The notes under the pieces were generated by a model. It worked only from the letters and a program-made list of their open reading frames with translations, had not been told where the DNA came from and made no database searches. Source: Methanobacteriota archaeon (GTDB lineage Archaea; Thermoplasmatota; Thermoplasmata; UBA10834). Taken from it: a stretch of 64,000 nt of DNA. Shown here one piece after another: positions 36,220 to 45,788 of the stretch. The DNA is taken from contig DYTN01000003.1 of NCBI GenBank assembly GCA_020725925.1, positions 18,591-82,590 on the forward strand. Direction: 5' to 3'. Position 1 is the stretch's first letter; each line of letters opens with the position of its first letter. The position numbers and the translations under genes were made by a program.

Positions 36220-39200
36220 CTACCTGCGCCTGGTCCTCATCCTGACGAGCAGCACGAGCACCACTGCCCCGACTATCGGGATCAGGACGGTCGGGAACTC
36301 CGGAATGATGCCCGAGATGGTTATCTGCACCTCGTCCGTGTTCCAGTTGCCAGCCGCATCCGTCACGTTGAGGGTGATGTTGTACACACCCTCGGTCCAG
36401 AAGACGAAGCTGACCTCCTCGCCCCAGAGGGTATATGGCGTGCCCTCGTAGTCGAAGGTCCAGGTCCAGTTCACGATGCCGACATCGTCCCAAGAGCCGG
36501 AGGCGTTGAGCACGACGAGCTCCCCGCCCATCCTGACCTGATCGTCGCCCGCATTGGCCGTCGGAGGCGTCACATCGATCACGGTGACGACCATAGTGTC
36601 GGGCGCGGACAGCTGCCCGGCAGTGTCCTCAACCACTAGCTCGACGTTGTACACGCCCGGCACCGTGAAGGTGAACTGGGGCGAGACGTCGTACAACTCC
36701 TGGCTCAGCTCGAGGATGGTCCAGGTGTAGTTCACTATCCCGACATCATCGGTGGAGCCGGAGCCGTCGAACGTCACCAAGGTCTCGTCGTCGACATCCT
36801 GGTCCGGACCAGCGTCCGCGACAGGGAGCTGGTCAGCCGCGACATCCACCCAAGTGCTGTCCGAATTCATCAGGTTAGCTCCATCCCAGACAGTCAGCGT
36901 GATCGTATGGTTGCCTGTGGTCGTGAAGGCGTAGTCCACCGACTCGCCAAAGAGCAACACAAGTCCGCCGTCATCGAAGGTCCACTGGTAGGTCACTATG
37001 CCCACGTTGTCGCTGGACATGCTGCCGTCGAGCGTGACTGTCACGCCCTCGATCGCGTCCTGCCCGGGACCGGCGTCTGCGACAGGCGGGTCGTTGTCGA
37101 CCGTGAAGAGCTCGAACTGTATCGCTCCCCTGCCTCCCCAGTCGCCGATGAAGTACAGGGTGGCATAGCCGCCGCTCGGGGCGGACGGCGCGGAGACGAA
37201 CTCCGTGTCCACCACGCTCCATGCGCCGATCGGGTAGATCCCCAGCCAGTTCCAGTTCGCGGTGCCGCTCTCAACCCTCAACAGCGCCACATATGGGATC
37301 ACGACCCCCGTCGGGTCGGACGGGTAGGCCGTCTCCAGGCTGCCGTTGTCGAAGGTGAAGAACGCGAACGCGTGCGTGGCCCCGTCGAACCATGCAGTGC
37401 CCTCCTCGGGACCCGCCATGGTGGAGTTCACATACTCCCCCCGGAAGGCCCAGTACAGGTCAGGCCCCCACCAGATCTCGTAGAGCTGCAGGTATACCTG
37501 ATCGGTCGTGTTGGACAGCCAGCCGGCCCGAGGCTGGGCGGACCACCAATAGCTCACGACGTAGCTGTCCCCGATGATTGAATATGGCAGGTCGTTCTGC
37601 GACTGCTCCAGCGGATGCATGCCGACGGAGCGCGTCTCGACGCCGTAGTAGTAGTCCCATATGCCCGCGGAGCCGTTCATCATGAACTGCCAAAGGGAGA
37701 TCTGCTGGGCGTCGAACTCCTGGGCGGAGGCGTAGATCCAGGTCGGGTTGGCCATGGACACGTTCTCCGTCGCGGACTGAGTGTATGTCAGGTTCGGGCC
37801 CCAGAGATCAGTCACAAGCACGAAGTCGAGCCTCACGTCCGTCATGCCTGACGCGTTGATGCTCGACTGACCATGCGTGTTGTCGACGGCGTGCGCGACG
37901 ACGATGAGCTCGATCGGCGGGATCCACATCTCGTAGCTCCCGTCAGCCAATGTTCTGGTGGAGTTCCTCTCCATATAGTCCGGCGAGCCCGTGCCTACCT
38001 CCACCGTCGCGTTGAATATGCCGCTGCCGGACCCGGTGTTGTTCACATAGCCCCAGAGCCTCACTGTGTCAGGGATGTCCCACGGCGTCAGGCCGAAGTC
38101 CCGCAAGTTGGCCCCCGAGGACACGGTCACGGTCGTGTGCATGTCCCTGTAGCCGGGCACACCATAGATGTCCACCGAGTACTCGCCTGAGACGAGGGAG
38201 ACGTTGTAGTCCCCGGTGGCGTTTGACTCGGTCCATTCATCATAGTCCGGGGAGTGGAAGCTCATGCTGGCGTTTGCCACAGGCGCGCTCGAGAACGCGT
38301 CGAGCACCTTCCCAGTGAGCCAAGCATCGATCGGCCGGAGCCCGAAGTCCCACCAGAGCAGGTCACCAGGATTGATGGTGACGTTCCACGTCACGTTCCT
38401 GGAATAGCCATCGGCCTCTGCGCCGAGGATCAGGTCGGTGCCGTCGAACGCGTCCAGAATGTACGCGCCCGAGGAGTTGCTGATGGCCATGTTCATCGTA
38501 CCGTTCATGTCGAACAGGAAGACCCATGCGTTCGGGAGCGGGTCGCCTGTGCTGAGGTCCGTCACATTTCCCCTGACGGTGGCGGTCGTCGGCGCGAGGG
38601 ACGCATCGAGGACTTCGTCCTCACCTGGGAGCACCTCGAGCCCCTCCATCACGAACATTGAGTACCCAACGAGAGACATCACGACTCTGGCATAGCTCCC
38701 GTTCGTGACGTTCATGAAGTAGTACCCTGTGGCATCTGTCCACGTGCGGTTGCTGTAGCCCTGCTCTGTGGTCTCATTCCATGTCTCGTACATGACGAGG
38801 ACGTTCTCGATGGGCAGGCCTGTGCCCCGCTCCGTGACAGTGCCGGAGAGCGTGGCATCGTCCGCGTAGATCTGCGGCTCCAGCGTGATGTTGAACCAGT
38901 AGGTCATGCCAGAGACGAGCGGGTCATTGGTTCCGTTGTCGATGAACGGGTATCCGGGGAAGTCCAGTGCGGCGATGCCCCCACCTGCGATGGACGGGAT
39001 CACATTGACGGAGTAGTATCCCGCGCCGTCCGGCTTCGTCATGTTGACGTAGAGCGGGGCGCCCTCGCCCATCGTGGCGGGGTCGTTGGAAAATCCTCCG
39101 ATGTTCCCGTTGGACACGGGAGCGCCGAACTCGTCGGTCACATAGCCCTTGAGAGTGACATCAGCTACTGTCGGCGCGATGTTGTCCAAGGTGAAGTTGA

Positions 39201-39546
39201 GCCACACGGTCTGACCGGAGAGCACTCGGACCATGCCGCTCCCGGCGTAGCAGCTGTTGTTGAACGCCATGAGCATGTAGTCGAGCCCGCCCGTGACGTT
39301 CAGGGTGTAGTTGCCCTCGGCGTCGGTGGAGGTGGTGGATTCCATGCCTCCACCGCCCATCCACGCCATCGCGAGGATGTAGGAGTTCGGGAGGGGGTTC
39401 GTCCCGTCACTTACCCACCCCTTGATCGTTCCCTCCGGCGGGGCCGCTGAGGCGTCTCCGGGGACGAGCACAGCCAAGCCGGTTATCATCGACAAGCACA
39501 CGAGCCACGCGGCAAGCACCTTCATGAGATGCCATGTCTTGGTCAA
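36220..39546 (-). CDS. Large (1108 aa) secreted surface glycoprotein: signal peptide, 6x carboxypeptidase-regulatory-like (transthyretin-fold) repeats, an unknown central domain, 3x PKD domains and a PEF-CTERM-type archaeosortase sorting signal
   Basis: Signal peptide (LAAWLVCLSMITGLAVLVPGDASA). Repeats of hGxVxDxxtGxPhxNAxV. PKD modules (DAGPGQD...YQWTFDDGG; x3). C-terminal IPEFPTVLIPIVGAVVLVLLVRMRTRRR (PEF then TM then basic tail). Many NxS/T sequons. Confidence 0.8.
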   Translation of the reverse strand: MTKTWHLMKVLAAWLVCLSMITGLAVLVPGDASAAPPEGTIKGWVSDGTNPLPNSYILAMAWMGGGGMESTTSTDAEGNYTLNVTGGLDYMLMAFNNSCYAGSGMVRVLSGQTVWLNFTLDNIAPTVADVTLKGYVTDEFGAPVSNGNIGGFSNDPATMGEGAPLYVNMTKPDGAGYYSVNVIPSIAGGGIAALDFPGYPFIDNGTNDPLVSGMTYWFNITLEPQIYADDATLSGTVTERGTGLPIENVLVMYETWNETTEQGYSNRTWTDATGYYFMNVTNGSYARVVMSLVGYSMFVMEGLEVLPGEDEVLDASLAPTTATVRGNVTDLSTGDPLPNAWVFLFDMNGTMNMAISNSSGAYILDAFDGTDLILGAEADGYSRNVTWNVTINPGDLLWWDFGLRPIDAWLTGKVLDAFSSAPVANASMSFHSPDYDEWTESNATGDYNVSLVSGEYSVDIYGVPGYRDMHTTVTVSSGANLRDFGLTPWDIPDTVRLWGYVNNTGSGSGIFNATVEVGTGSPDYMERNSTRTLADGSYEMWIPPIELIVVAHAVDNTHGQSSINASGMTDVRLDFVLVTDLWGPNLTYTQSATENVSMANPTWIYASAQEFDAQQISLWQFMMNGSAGIWDYYYGVETRSVGMHPLEQSQNDLPYSIIGDSYVVSYWWSAQPRAGWLSNTTDQVYLQLYEIWWGPDLYWAFRGEYVNSTMAGPEEGTAWFDGATHAFAFFTFDNGSLETAYPSDPTGVVIPYVALLRVESGTANWNWLGIYPIGAWSVVDTEFVSAPSAPSGGYATLYFIGDWGGRGAIQFELFTVDNDPPVADAGPGQDAIEGVTVTLDGSMSSDNVGIVTYQWTFDDGGLVLLFGESVDYAFTTTGNHTITLTVWDGANLMNSDSTWVDVAADQLPVADAGPDQDVDDETLVTFDGSGSTDDVGIVNYTWTILELSQELYDVSPQFTFTVPGVYNVELVVEDTAGQLSAPDTMVVTVIDVTPPTANAGDDQVRMGGELVVLNASGSWDDVGIVNWTWTFDYEGTPYTLWGEEVSFVFWTEGVYNITLNVTDAAGNWNTDEVQITISGIIPEFPTVLIPIVGAVVLVLLVRMRTRRR

Positions 39547-39743
39547 GACAAAATCCTCCTGTACACATTCGTTCCCAGGCCCAGCCTGCGAGCTTCGGGG
39601 GGACAGGCACGTCTGGGAGTCTCATAGTGGAAGAGCCTGAGTTGATATATATGACTGTCGAACTGGGGCGTCTCTCCGACATGCACAAATGAATCCTTTG
39701 ATGCTCAACATGTTCGCCGGCGGCCAGGGCATCCCCATGCCGC

Positions 39744-41576
39744 TTGGAGGAACTGGGCGGCGATTCGGGCCATCACTGTTCGGGGACATGTAGATTCCCG
39801 CAGAGGCTTGTGTGGTGCAGGCGCGGGGCATGCGCAGGTGTTCAGGTGAGCCAGAGCGACGAGAAGAGCCCCATCGATTGGAGGGAATGGTCCAGGGAGG
39901 CCTTCGATGAGGCCAGGAGACGGGACAAGCTCGTGCTCCTGGACCTGAGCGCCGAGTGGTGCCATTGGTGCCACGTTATGGACACCACGACATACGCGGA
40001 CCCCGAGGTCGCGAAGGCCATCAAAGCGGAGTTCGTCCCAGTCAGAGTGGACATAGACAGGCGGCCCGACATATCTGAACGGTACAACAGGGGAGGGTTT
40101 CCGACCACGGCCTTTCTGTCCGACCAGGGTGAATCAGTCTGGGGAGCGACCTACATCCCGCCCGCGGACATGAAGCGGATCATGAGGACCATCCTGGAGG
40201 CGAAGGCATCCGGCGAGGTCAGGGAGGCGCTCGAGCGGAGCCGGATGCGGTACCTCGACCTCTCCAAGGCGGTCGAGAAGGCTGTCCTGCCTGGTCGCGA
40301 GGAGGTCGAGAGCCTGTTCGAGGACATCTTCGCAACGTACGACGTCGAGCACGGTGGGTTCGGCATCGCACCGAAGTTCCCGCACCACGACGCCTTGGAT
40401 CTTCTGCTCGTCAGGTACGCCCAGACGAAGGACGAGGGGCTCGCGGAGGCGGCCGTGCACACGCTCGACCGGATGACCGATGGGCTCTACGACCCGATCG
40501 AAGGTGGCGCGTTCAGGTACTCGGTGACGAGGGACTGGCGCGAGCCGCACTACGAGAAGATGCTCGAGACCAATGTGGGCTTCCTCGGCAACCTCGTCCA
40601 CGCGCACGTCAGGCTCGGCCACGACCGGTTCGCTGAGACGGCGCGTGGGATTGGCAGGTACCTCCTGGGAACGCTGAGAGACCCTTCGACAGGCGGCTTC
40701 TCAGGCAGCCAGGACGCCGACGAGAGGTATTACAAGCTCTCGAGGGAGCGGCGCCTGACCGCTCGTCCCCCATCGGTAGTCAAGAGAGTGTATGCTGGGT
40801 GGAACGCGGAGGCGGCATCCGCGCTCATATCGGCCGGTGCAATCCTCGGCGAGAGTGATTGGGTGGAGGCCGGAAGGGGTGCGTGGCGCTACTCCCTCGA
40901 CCGATTGTGGAACGACGAACGCGGCCTCATCAGACATTCCGAGGACGACGACACATACCTCTTCGAGGACCAGGTCTCGTTCCTTGGCTCAATCATGTCG
41001 ATGCTGGAGCTCTCGCCAGACCAAGAGCTGCTCGGCATCGCCAGGAGGATGCTCGAAGGCGTGGAGAGGACCTATCCTCACCCGGAGGGCGGATTCGGCG
41101 ACATACAGAGGCTTGAGGATGCCATCGGTGAGCTGGGGGACGTCAGGAGGTCTCTCGTCTCCAACGCCAGGTGGGCCAGGCTGCTGGTGCTCCTGGGGGC
41201 CGCCGAGCACGACCGGCAGCTCGAGGCAAGGGCGCGCGAAATCCTCGGCTCATTCTCGACCAAGGAGGTGGAGTCGTACGGCCTGTTCGCAGCGGAATTC
41301 GTCAACTCGTTCTGGGCACTCTCCCGAGGGGTTGCGGTCGTTGAGATCCACACCCCTGCTACGAAGGACATCACGACGGACGAGCTGTGGCTCGCCGCTA
41401 AGAGGGCGATGAACCCCTCCCTGCTTGTCCTGAGGGCCCGGGAGCAAGGGCCGGGTGTCGGAGATGCCCGGAGGAGCATCGCAGTAGTCTGCACTAGCGC
41501 GGGCTGCTCAAAGGCCATCGACGACCCGCTGGCGCTGTCCAGGCTTGTGGCGCCTGCACAGTCCAGTCAAGTCTAA
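39744..41576 (+). CDS. YyaL/DUF255 thioredoxin-domain protein with (alpha/alpha)6-barrel (SSP411-like). The start is likely downstream, at about 39843 GTG.
   Basis: IDWREWSREAFDEARRRDKLVLLDLSAEWCHWCHVM is the thioredoxin-like domain of the DUF255 family, followed by a glycosyl-hydrolase-like barrel. Confidence 0.78.
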   Translation: MEELGGDSGHHCSGTCRFPQRLVWCRRGACAGVQVSQSDEKSPIDWREWSREAFDEARRRDKLVLLDLSAEWCHWCHVMDTTTYADPEVAKAIKAEFVPVRVDIDRRPDISERYNRGGFPTTAFLSDQGESVWGATYIPPADMKRIMRTILEAKASGEVREALERSRMRYLDLSKAVEKAVLPGREEVESLFEDIFATYDVEHGGFGIAPKFPHHDALDLLLVRYAQTKDEGLAEAAVHTLDRMTDGLYDPIEGGAFRYSVTRDWREPHYEKMLETNVGFLGNLVHAHVRLGHDRFAETARGIGRYLLGTLRDPSTGGFSGSQDADERYYKLSRERRLTARPPSVVKRVYAGWNAEAASALISAGAILGESDWVEAGRGAWRYSLDRLWNDERGLIRHSEDDDTYLFEDQVSFLGSIMSMLELSPDQELLGIARRMLEGVERTYPHPEGGFGDIQRLEDAIGELGDVRRSLVSNARWARLLVLLGAAEHDRQLEARAREILGSFSTKEVESYGLFAAEFVNSFWALSRGVAVVEIHTPATKDITTDELWLAAKRAMNPSLLVLRAREQGPGVGDARRSIAVVCTSAGCSKAIDDPLALSRLVAPAQSSQV

Positions 41577-41608
41577 ATATCCCCCACAGGCATAACACGC
41601 ATCCGGGC

Positions 41609-42181
41609 TTGCCCATGGCGAAGAAAGCGAGGCTCATTCCCCGGAAGATGCTCTCAAGCGACGAGCGAGTCATTTTCGAGACGAGACCGAGCGCGTGGCT
41701 CTACATGAAGGCTGCAGCGTTCTCCCTCATCATCGCGATCATCGCGCTGGTCGGATACTCGTGGGAGTGGATCCCTGGCGCTCCTGAGATCCCGTACTTC
41801 AGCGAGGCCCTGGAAGGCGACTACGGGGACTACATACAGTGGGCGCTCCTCGGCGTGTTCGTGCTGGCCGTCCTGTTCTTCGTCGTCAGGTGGCTCAAGT
41901 GGGGCAGCACCGTTTACGCCGCGACCGACGAGAGGATAATCACGCAGAGGGGCATCATAAACAAGACTTTCGAGGACATCCCGGTCACGATGGTCACCAA
42001 CATCGACCTCGCGCAGTCGATTGGCAAGCGGGCCCTGGGGTACGGCACCATCGTGTTCTCCACCGGTGGTGTTGCACGGGGGAGGAGTCGGGACATCGTC
42101 TGGGAGGCGGTCCCCGACCCCTTCATGGTGCGCAGGAAGCTCCAAGAGGTCATGGACGTCAGGGCGAAACCGAAGGAATGA
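41609..42181 (+). CDS. Membrane protein with bacterial-type PH domain (YdbT/DUF304-like)
   Basis: Two TM helices followed by YAATDERIITQRG...IPVTMVTNIDL, a bPH_2-like block. Confidence 0.55.
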   Translation: MPMAKKARLIPRKMLSSDERVIFETRPSAWLYMKAAAFSLIIAIIALVGYSWEWIPGAPEIPYFSEALEGDYGDYIQWALLGVFVLAVLFFVVRWLKWGSTVYAATDERIITQRGIINKTFEDIPVTMVTNIDLAQSIGKRALGYGTIVFSTGGVARGRSRDIVWEAVPDPFMVRRKLQEVMDVRAKPKE

Positions 42182-42300
42182 GCCGCCGCCGAGCCTGAGT
42201 GGTTCGGGGATACGCCAATCCCAGGGCTCGCCATCGCAAACGCGATTGTCTCGCTGGGCATTGCTGTCCCAACGGGGAGAGGAGACCGGAGGATGATTGA

Positions 42301-44184
42301 ATGGGTGTTGCTGATGTCGTCAAGGAGGGGCCTGGCAGGGCTTTCGTGCTCTGCAATGAGGCCATCGTGAGAGGTGCGCTCGAGGCAGATGTGAAGGTCG
42401 TGTCCGCGTACCCGGGGTCGCCGACCACGGAGATCCTGGACACCTTCTCTGAGGTGTCCCCGAAGTTCGACCTCAGGATGGAGATCGCCTCGAACGAGAA
42501 GGTCGCTCTTGAGACCTGCGCGGGAGCCGCCATGGTGGGACACAGGTCGATCACGAGCATGAAGAGCGTCGGGATGAACGTGGCCTCGGACTCGTTCTTC
42601 TCGCTCTCGTACACCGGCGTGAAGGGGGGGATGGTCGTCGTCGTCGCGGACGACCCCCAGGCGCACTCCTCGCAGACCGAACAGGATGGACGACCGTTCG
42701 CGCCGAATGCGTACGTACCGATGCTCGAACCGTCGGACCCGGCCGAGGCCAAGCTGATGGTCAAGCGGGCGTTCGAGCTCTCGGAGAAGTTCGGCGTGCC
42801 TGTGATGATCCGGACGACGACCCGGGTGAGCCATCAGAGCGGCATGGTGGAGCTCGACAAGCTCGAGAGGAGGCCGTTCGAGAAGCTGGCCTGGGAGCAT
42901 CCGCCAGGGAGGTTCGTCACCGTGGCGGAGTCAGCAAGGACCTTCAAGCATGCGCTTCTGGAACGCACCAGGAGGATCCAGGCCGAGTTCGAGGCCTCGG
43001 ACCTCAACAGGGTGGCCACGACAGGCTCCGATGTCGGAGTGATCACGAGCGGGGCCGGGTACAACTATGCCGTGGACGCGGCGAAGATCCTGGGCATCAC
43101 CCCCTCGATCCTGAAGCTCGGGACCACCTACCCCCTGCCCAGGGACCTCATCGCCGGCTTCATCAAGGGGCTCAAGACCGTCATCGTGGTCGAGGAGCTG
43201 CAGCCCTACCTCGAGCTGCACGTGCATGCGATTGCTAAGGACGCGAACCCCGGCCTCAGGATATTCGGCAAGTGGACTGGCCACTTCAGCGAGGCGCTCG
43301 AGTACAGCCCGGACATCGTTGTTGAGGGGATGTCAGGAGCGCTCGGGCTGAAGGCGCCGGTCGACTACAAGGCCATCATGAACCGGGCCGAGGAGCTCAA
43401 GAAGGGCCTTTCCGACCGGCCGCCGACCTTCTGTCCCGGGTGCCCGCACAGGGCGACCCTCTACGCCCTCAAGCAGGCGACCAAGGGCATGAAGCACATC
43501 CTGTCCACGGACATAGGCTGCTACTCGATGAGCTTCCTGCCTCCGTTGCAGTACGGAGACTCCCTCCTGAGCATGGGAGCTTGCCTCGGCATGGCCGCGG
43601 GTATGCAGTACGCCGCGAAGGAGAAGGTGGTCGCGATGATAGGCGACTCGACCTTCTACCACGCGAGCCTGCCGGGACTCGTGAACGCTGTGCACCACGA
43701 CGACGACCTCACGCTCATCATACTGGACAACGAGGTGACGGCGATGACCGGCCAGCAACCTCACCCGGGCTCGGACTATGGTGCCGGGAATAGGCCCACA
43801 AGGAGGCTGGTGCTCGAGGACGTCCTCAAGGGCTTCGGGATCACGGACATCACGATCGTGGACCCGTACCAGGTGAAGGACGCCGTCGGGCCCATGAAGG
43901 AGGCGCTGTCCCGGAAAGGGCCCAATGTGATTATTTCGAGAAGGGCCTGCGCCCTGTACGCGGACAGGAACAAGCGGAAGAGGGGCGAGACGATCCAGAG
44001 CAACGAAGTGGACAAGGACGTGTGCAGGCGGCCATACACCTGCGTCAGGACCTTCCACTGCCCGGCGATTTCCATCGACGATGACGACCGGAAGTCGGTG
44101 ATCTCGAAGGAGCTGTGCGACAGGTGCGATGTCTGCGCGAAGCTCTGCCCGTTCGGCTCGATCCGCCTCAGGGAGGGGGAGTGA
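42301..44184 (+). CDS. iorA: Indolepyruvate:ferredoxin oxidoreductase alpha subunit
   Basis: TPP-binding PFOR-like domains plus a C-terminal 2x[4Fe-4S] (CRRPYTCVRTFHCP; CDRCDVCAKLCP). The length is typical for IorA. Confidence 0.9.
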   Translation: MGVADVVKEGPGRAFVLCNEAIVRGALEADVKVVSAYPGSPTTEILDTFSEVSPKFDLRMEIASNEKVALETCAGAAMVGHRSITSMKSVGMNVASDSFFSLSYTGVKGGMVVVVADDPQAHSSQTEQDGRPFAPNAYVPMLEPSDPAEAKLMVKRAFELSEKFGVPVMIRTTTRVSHQSGMVELDKLERRPFEKLAWEHPPGRFVTVAESARTFKHALLERTRRIQAEFEASDLNRVATTGSDVGVITSGAGYNYAVDAAKILGITPSILKLGTTYPLPRDLIAGFIKGLKTVIVVEELQPYLELHVHAIAKDANPGLRIFGKWTGHFSEALEYSPDIVVEGMSGALGLKAPVDYKAIMNRAEELKKGLSDRPPTFCPGCPHRATLYALKQATKGMKHILSTDIGCYSMSFLPPLQYGDSLLSMGACLGMAAGMQYAAKEKVVAMIGDSTFYHASLPGLVNAVHHDDDLTLIILDNEVTAMTGQQPHPGSDYGAGNRPTRRLVLEDVLKGFGITDITIVDPYQVKDAVGPMKEALSRKGPNVIISRRACALYADRNKRKRGETIQSNEVDKDVCRRPYTCVRTFHCPAISIDDDDRKSVISKELCDRCDVCAKLCPFGSIRLREGE

Positions 44185-44186
44185 GC

Positions 44187-44831
44187 ATGCCCGCTAGGGA
44201 GCACAGCATCTATATGTCCGGCGTTGGCGGGCAGGGCCTGGTCCTGCTGTCGAACGTCATCGGGTCCGCATGCGCCGCGGCCGGCATCAGGGCGCTCACG
44301 GGAGAGCAGCACGGGCTGTCGCAGAGGAGCGGGTCCATCAACGTGCACATGCGCATCGGCGAGGAGATCAGGTCCCCCCTGATCCCCGTCGGGGGCGCGG
44401 ACGTGATCCTCTCGCTAGAGGCCCTGGAGGCGCTGAGGTACGTCGAGTATCTCAAGCCTGGAGGAATCGTGCTCATGAACTCCAGGGTGCAGCACCCCAT
44501 CATCGAGACAGCCGAGCACATGAAGGACAAGACAGCCAGGTACATGTCCGCAGAGGATGTGCGCGGGCGGCTGTCGAAGGTCACGGAGAAGATCGCGGTC
44601 ATAGACGCTCTTTCCATCGCCAAGCAGGCAGGGAACCCTCTCACGGAGAACATAGTCATGCTCGGGACGCTGAGCACGCTTGAGGAGCTTCCCGTGCCGG
44701 AGGACGCCCTCAGGCAGTCGGTCGCAGACAACGTCCCGAAGAAGGCCCTCGATGTGAACCTGAAGGCGTTCGAGCTCGGCAAGCAGGCGGCTTTCGAGAG
44801 GCTCTGCAACATGGTTAAGTGCAGGAAGTGA
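44187..44831 (+). CDS. iorB: Indolepyruvate:ferredoxin oxidoreductase beta subunit
   Basis: MSGVGGQGLVL (the gamma-domain GGQG motif). The ATG lies 2 nt after the iorA stop. Confidence 0.85.
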   Translation: MPAREHSIYMSGVGGQGLVLLSNVIGSACAAAGIRALTGEQHGLSQRSGSINVHMRIGEEIRSPLIPVGGADVILSLEALEALRYVEYLKPGGIVLMNSRVQHPIIETAEHMKDKTARYMSAEDVRGRLSKVTEKIAVIDALSIAKQAGNPLTENIVMLGTLSTLEELPVPEDALRQSVADNVPKKALDVNLKAFELGKQAAFERLCNMVKCRK

Positions 44832-44849
44832 GTTCCCTGGCCGATCACC

Positions 44850-45773
44850 ATGAAGCAGGCTAGGTTCGTCAGGGTCGATGTCTTCGCCACGAAGCCCTTC
44901 GGGGGCAATCCTCTGGCGGTCTTTCCAGACGCCAGGAACCTCACGAGCAGGGAGATGCAGCTGCTGGCCATGGAGATGAACCTGTCCGAGACGACCTTCG
45001 TTGTGCCTCCTACCAAGGGCTCAGGGGCGGACTTCAGGGTGAGGATATTCGTGCCCGACATGGAGATTCCTTACGCGGGCCATCCCACGCTGGGCACGTT
45101 CTATGTTCTAGCCAAGGAGAAGCGGATTAAGCTCAGGGAACCCGTGACAACGGTGAAGATGGAGGTCAAGGCCGGCGTCATGCCCGTCGAGATACACTCC
45201 AAGAAGGGGAGGATCACCAAGGTCGTCACGGTCCAGAACAGGCCGGAGTTCGGAGACGAGGTCAAGGATGTCGGCCTGTTGGCGCAGGCGCTCTCGCTGG
45301 ACGAGGGCGACCTGGACCTCGAGAGGGCCCCGCCCCAATGGGTGTCCACCGGCCTGCCTTGGATAATCGTCCCCGTCAGGGACAGGGACGCGGTCGAGAG
45401 GGCCTCTGGCAACGCGGCTGCGTTCGCCAGCCTGAAGAAGGTCCTCCCGGGGAACATCGCCGACCTCTATGTGACCTGCCTTGACCCCATCGAGAAGGGC
45501 TCGACGACGCACTCCCGCGGGCTCTCGCTCGTCTCGAAGAACGTGGTCGAAGACCCAGCGACGGGCAGCGCGAGCGGGTGCCTAGGAGCATACTTGGTCA
45601 GAAGGAGGCTCGTGCCGATATCCGAATGCATCAGAATCACCAACGAGCAGGGGTACGAGATAGGCAGGCCGAGCAGGATAGCAGTCGAGGTCAGGACCGC
45701 CGGGGACGAGATCGAGGCGGTCCGGGTGGGCGGCACCGTCGTCCACGTCATGGACGGACACGCATACCTGTGA
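44850..45773 (+). CDS. PhzF-family isomerase (phenazine biosynthesis-like / DAP-epimerase fold)
   Basis: VDVFATKPFGGNPLAVF and the two-domain PhzF layout. Confidence 0.82.
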   Translation: MKQARFVRVDVFATKPFGGNPLAVFPDARNLTSREMQLLAMEMNLSETTFVVPPTKGSGADFRVRIFVPDMEIPYAGHPTLGTFYVLAKEKRIKLREPVTTVKMEVKAGVMPVEIHSKKGRITKVVTVQNRPEFGDEVKDVGLLAQALSLDEGDLDLERAPPQWVSTGLPWIIVPVRDRDAVERASGNAAAFASLKKVLPGNIADLYVTCLDPIEKGSTTHSRGLSLVSKNVVEDPATGSASGCLGAYLVRRRLVPISECIRITNEQGYEIGRPSRIAVEVRTAGDEIEAVRVGGTVVHVMDGHAYL

Positions 45774-45788
45774 GCGGCCCGACGGGCT

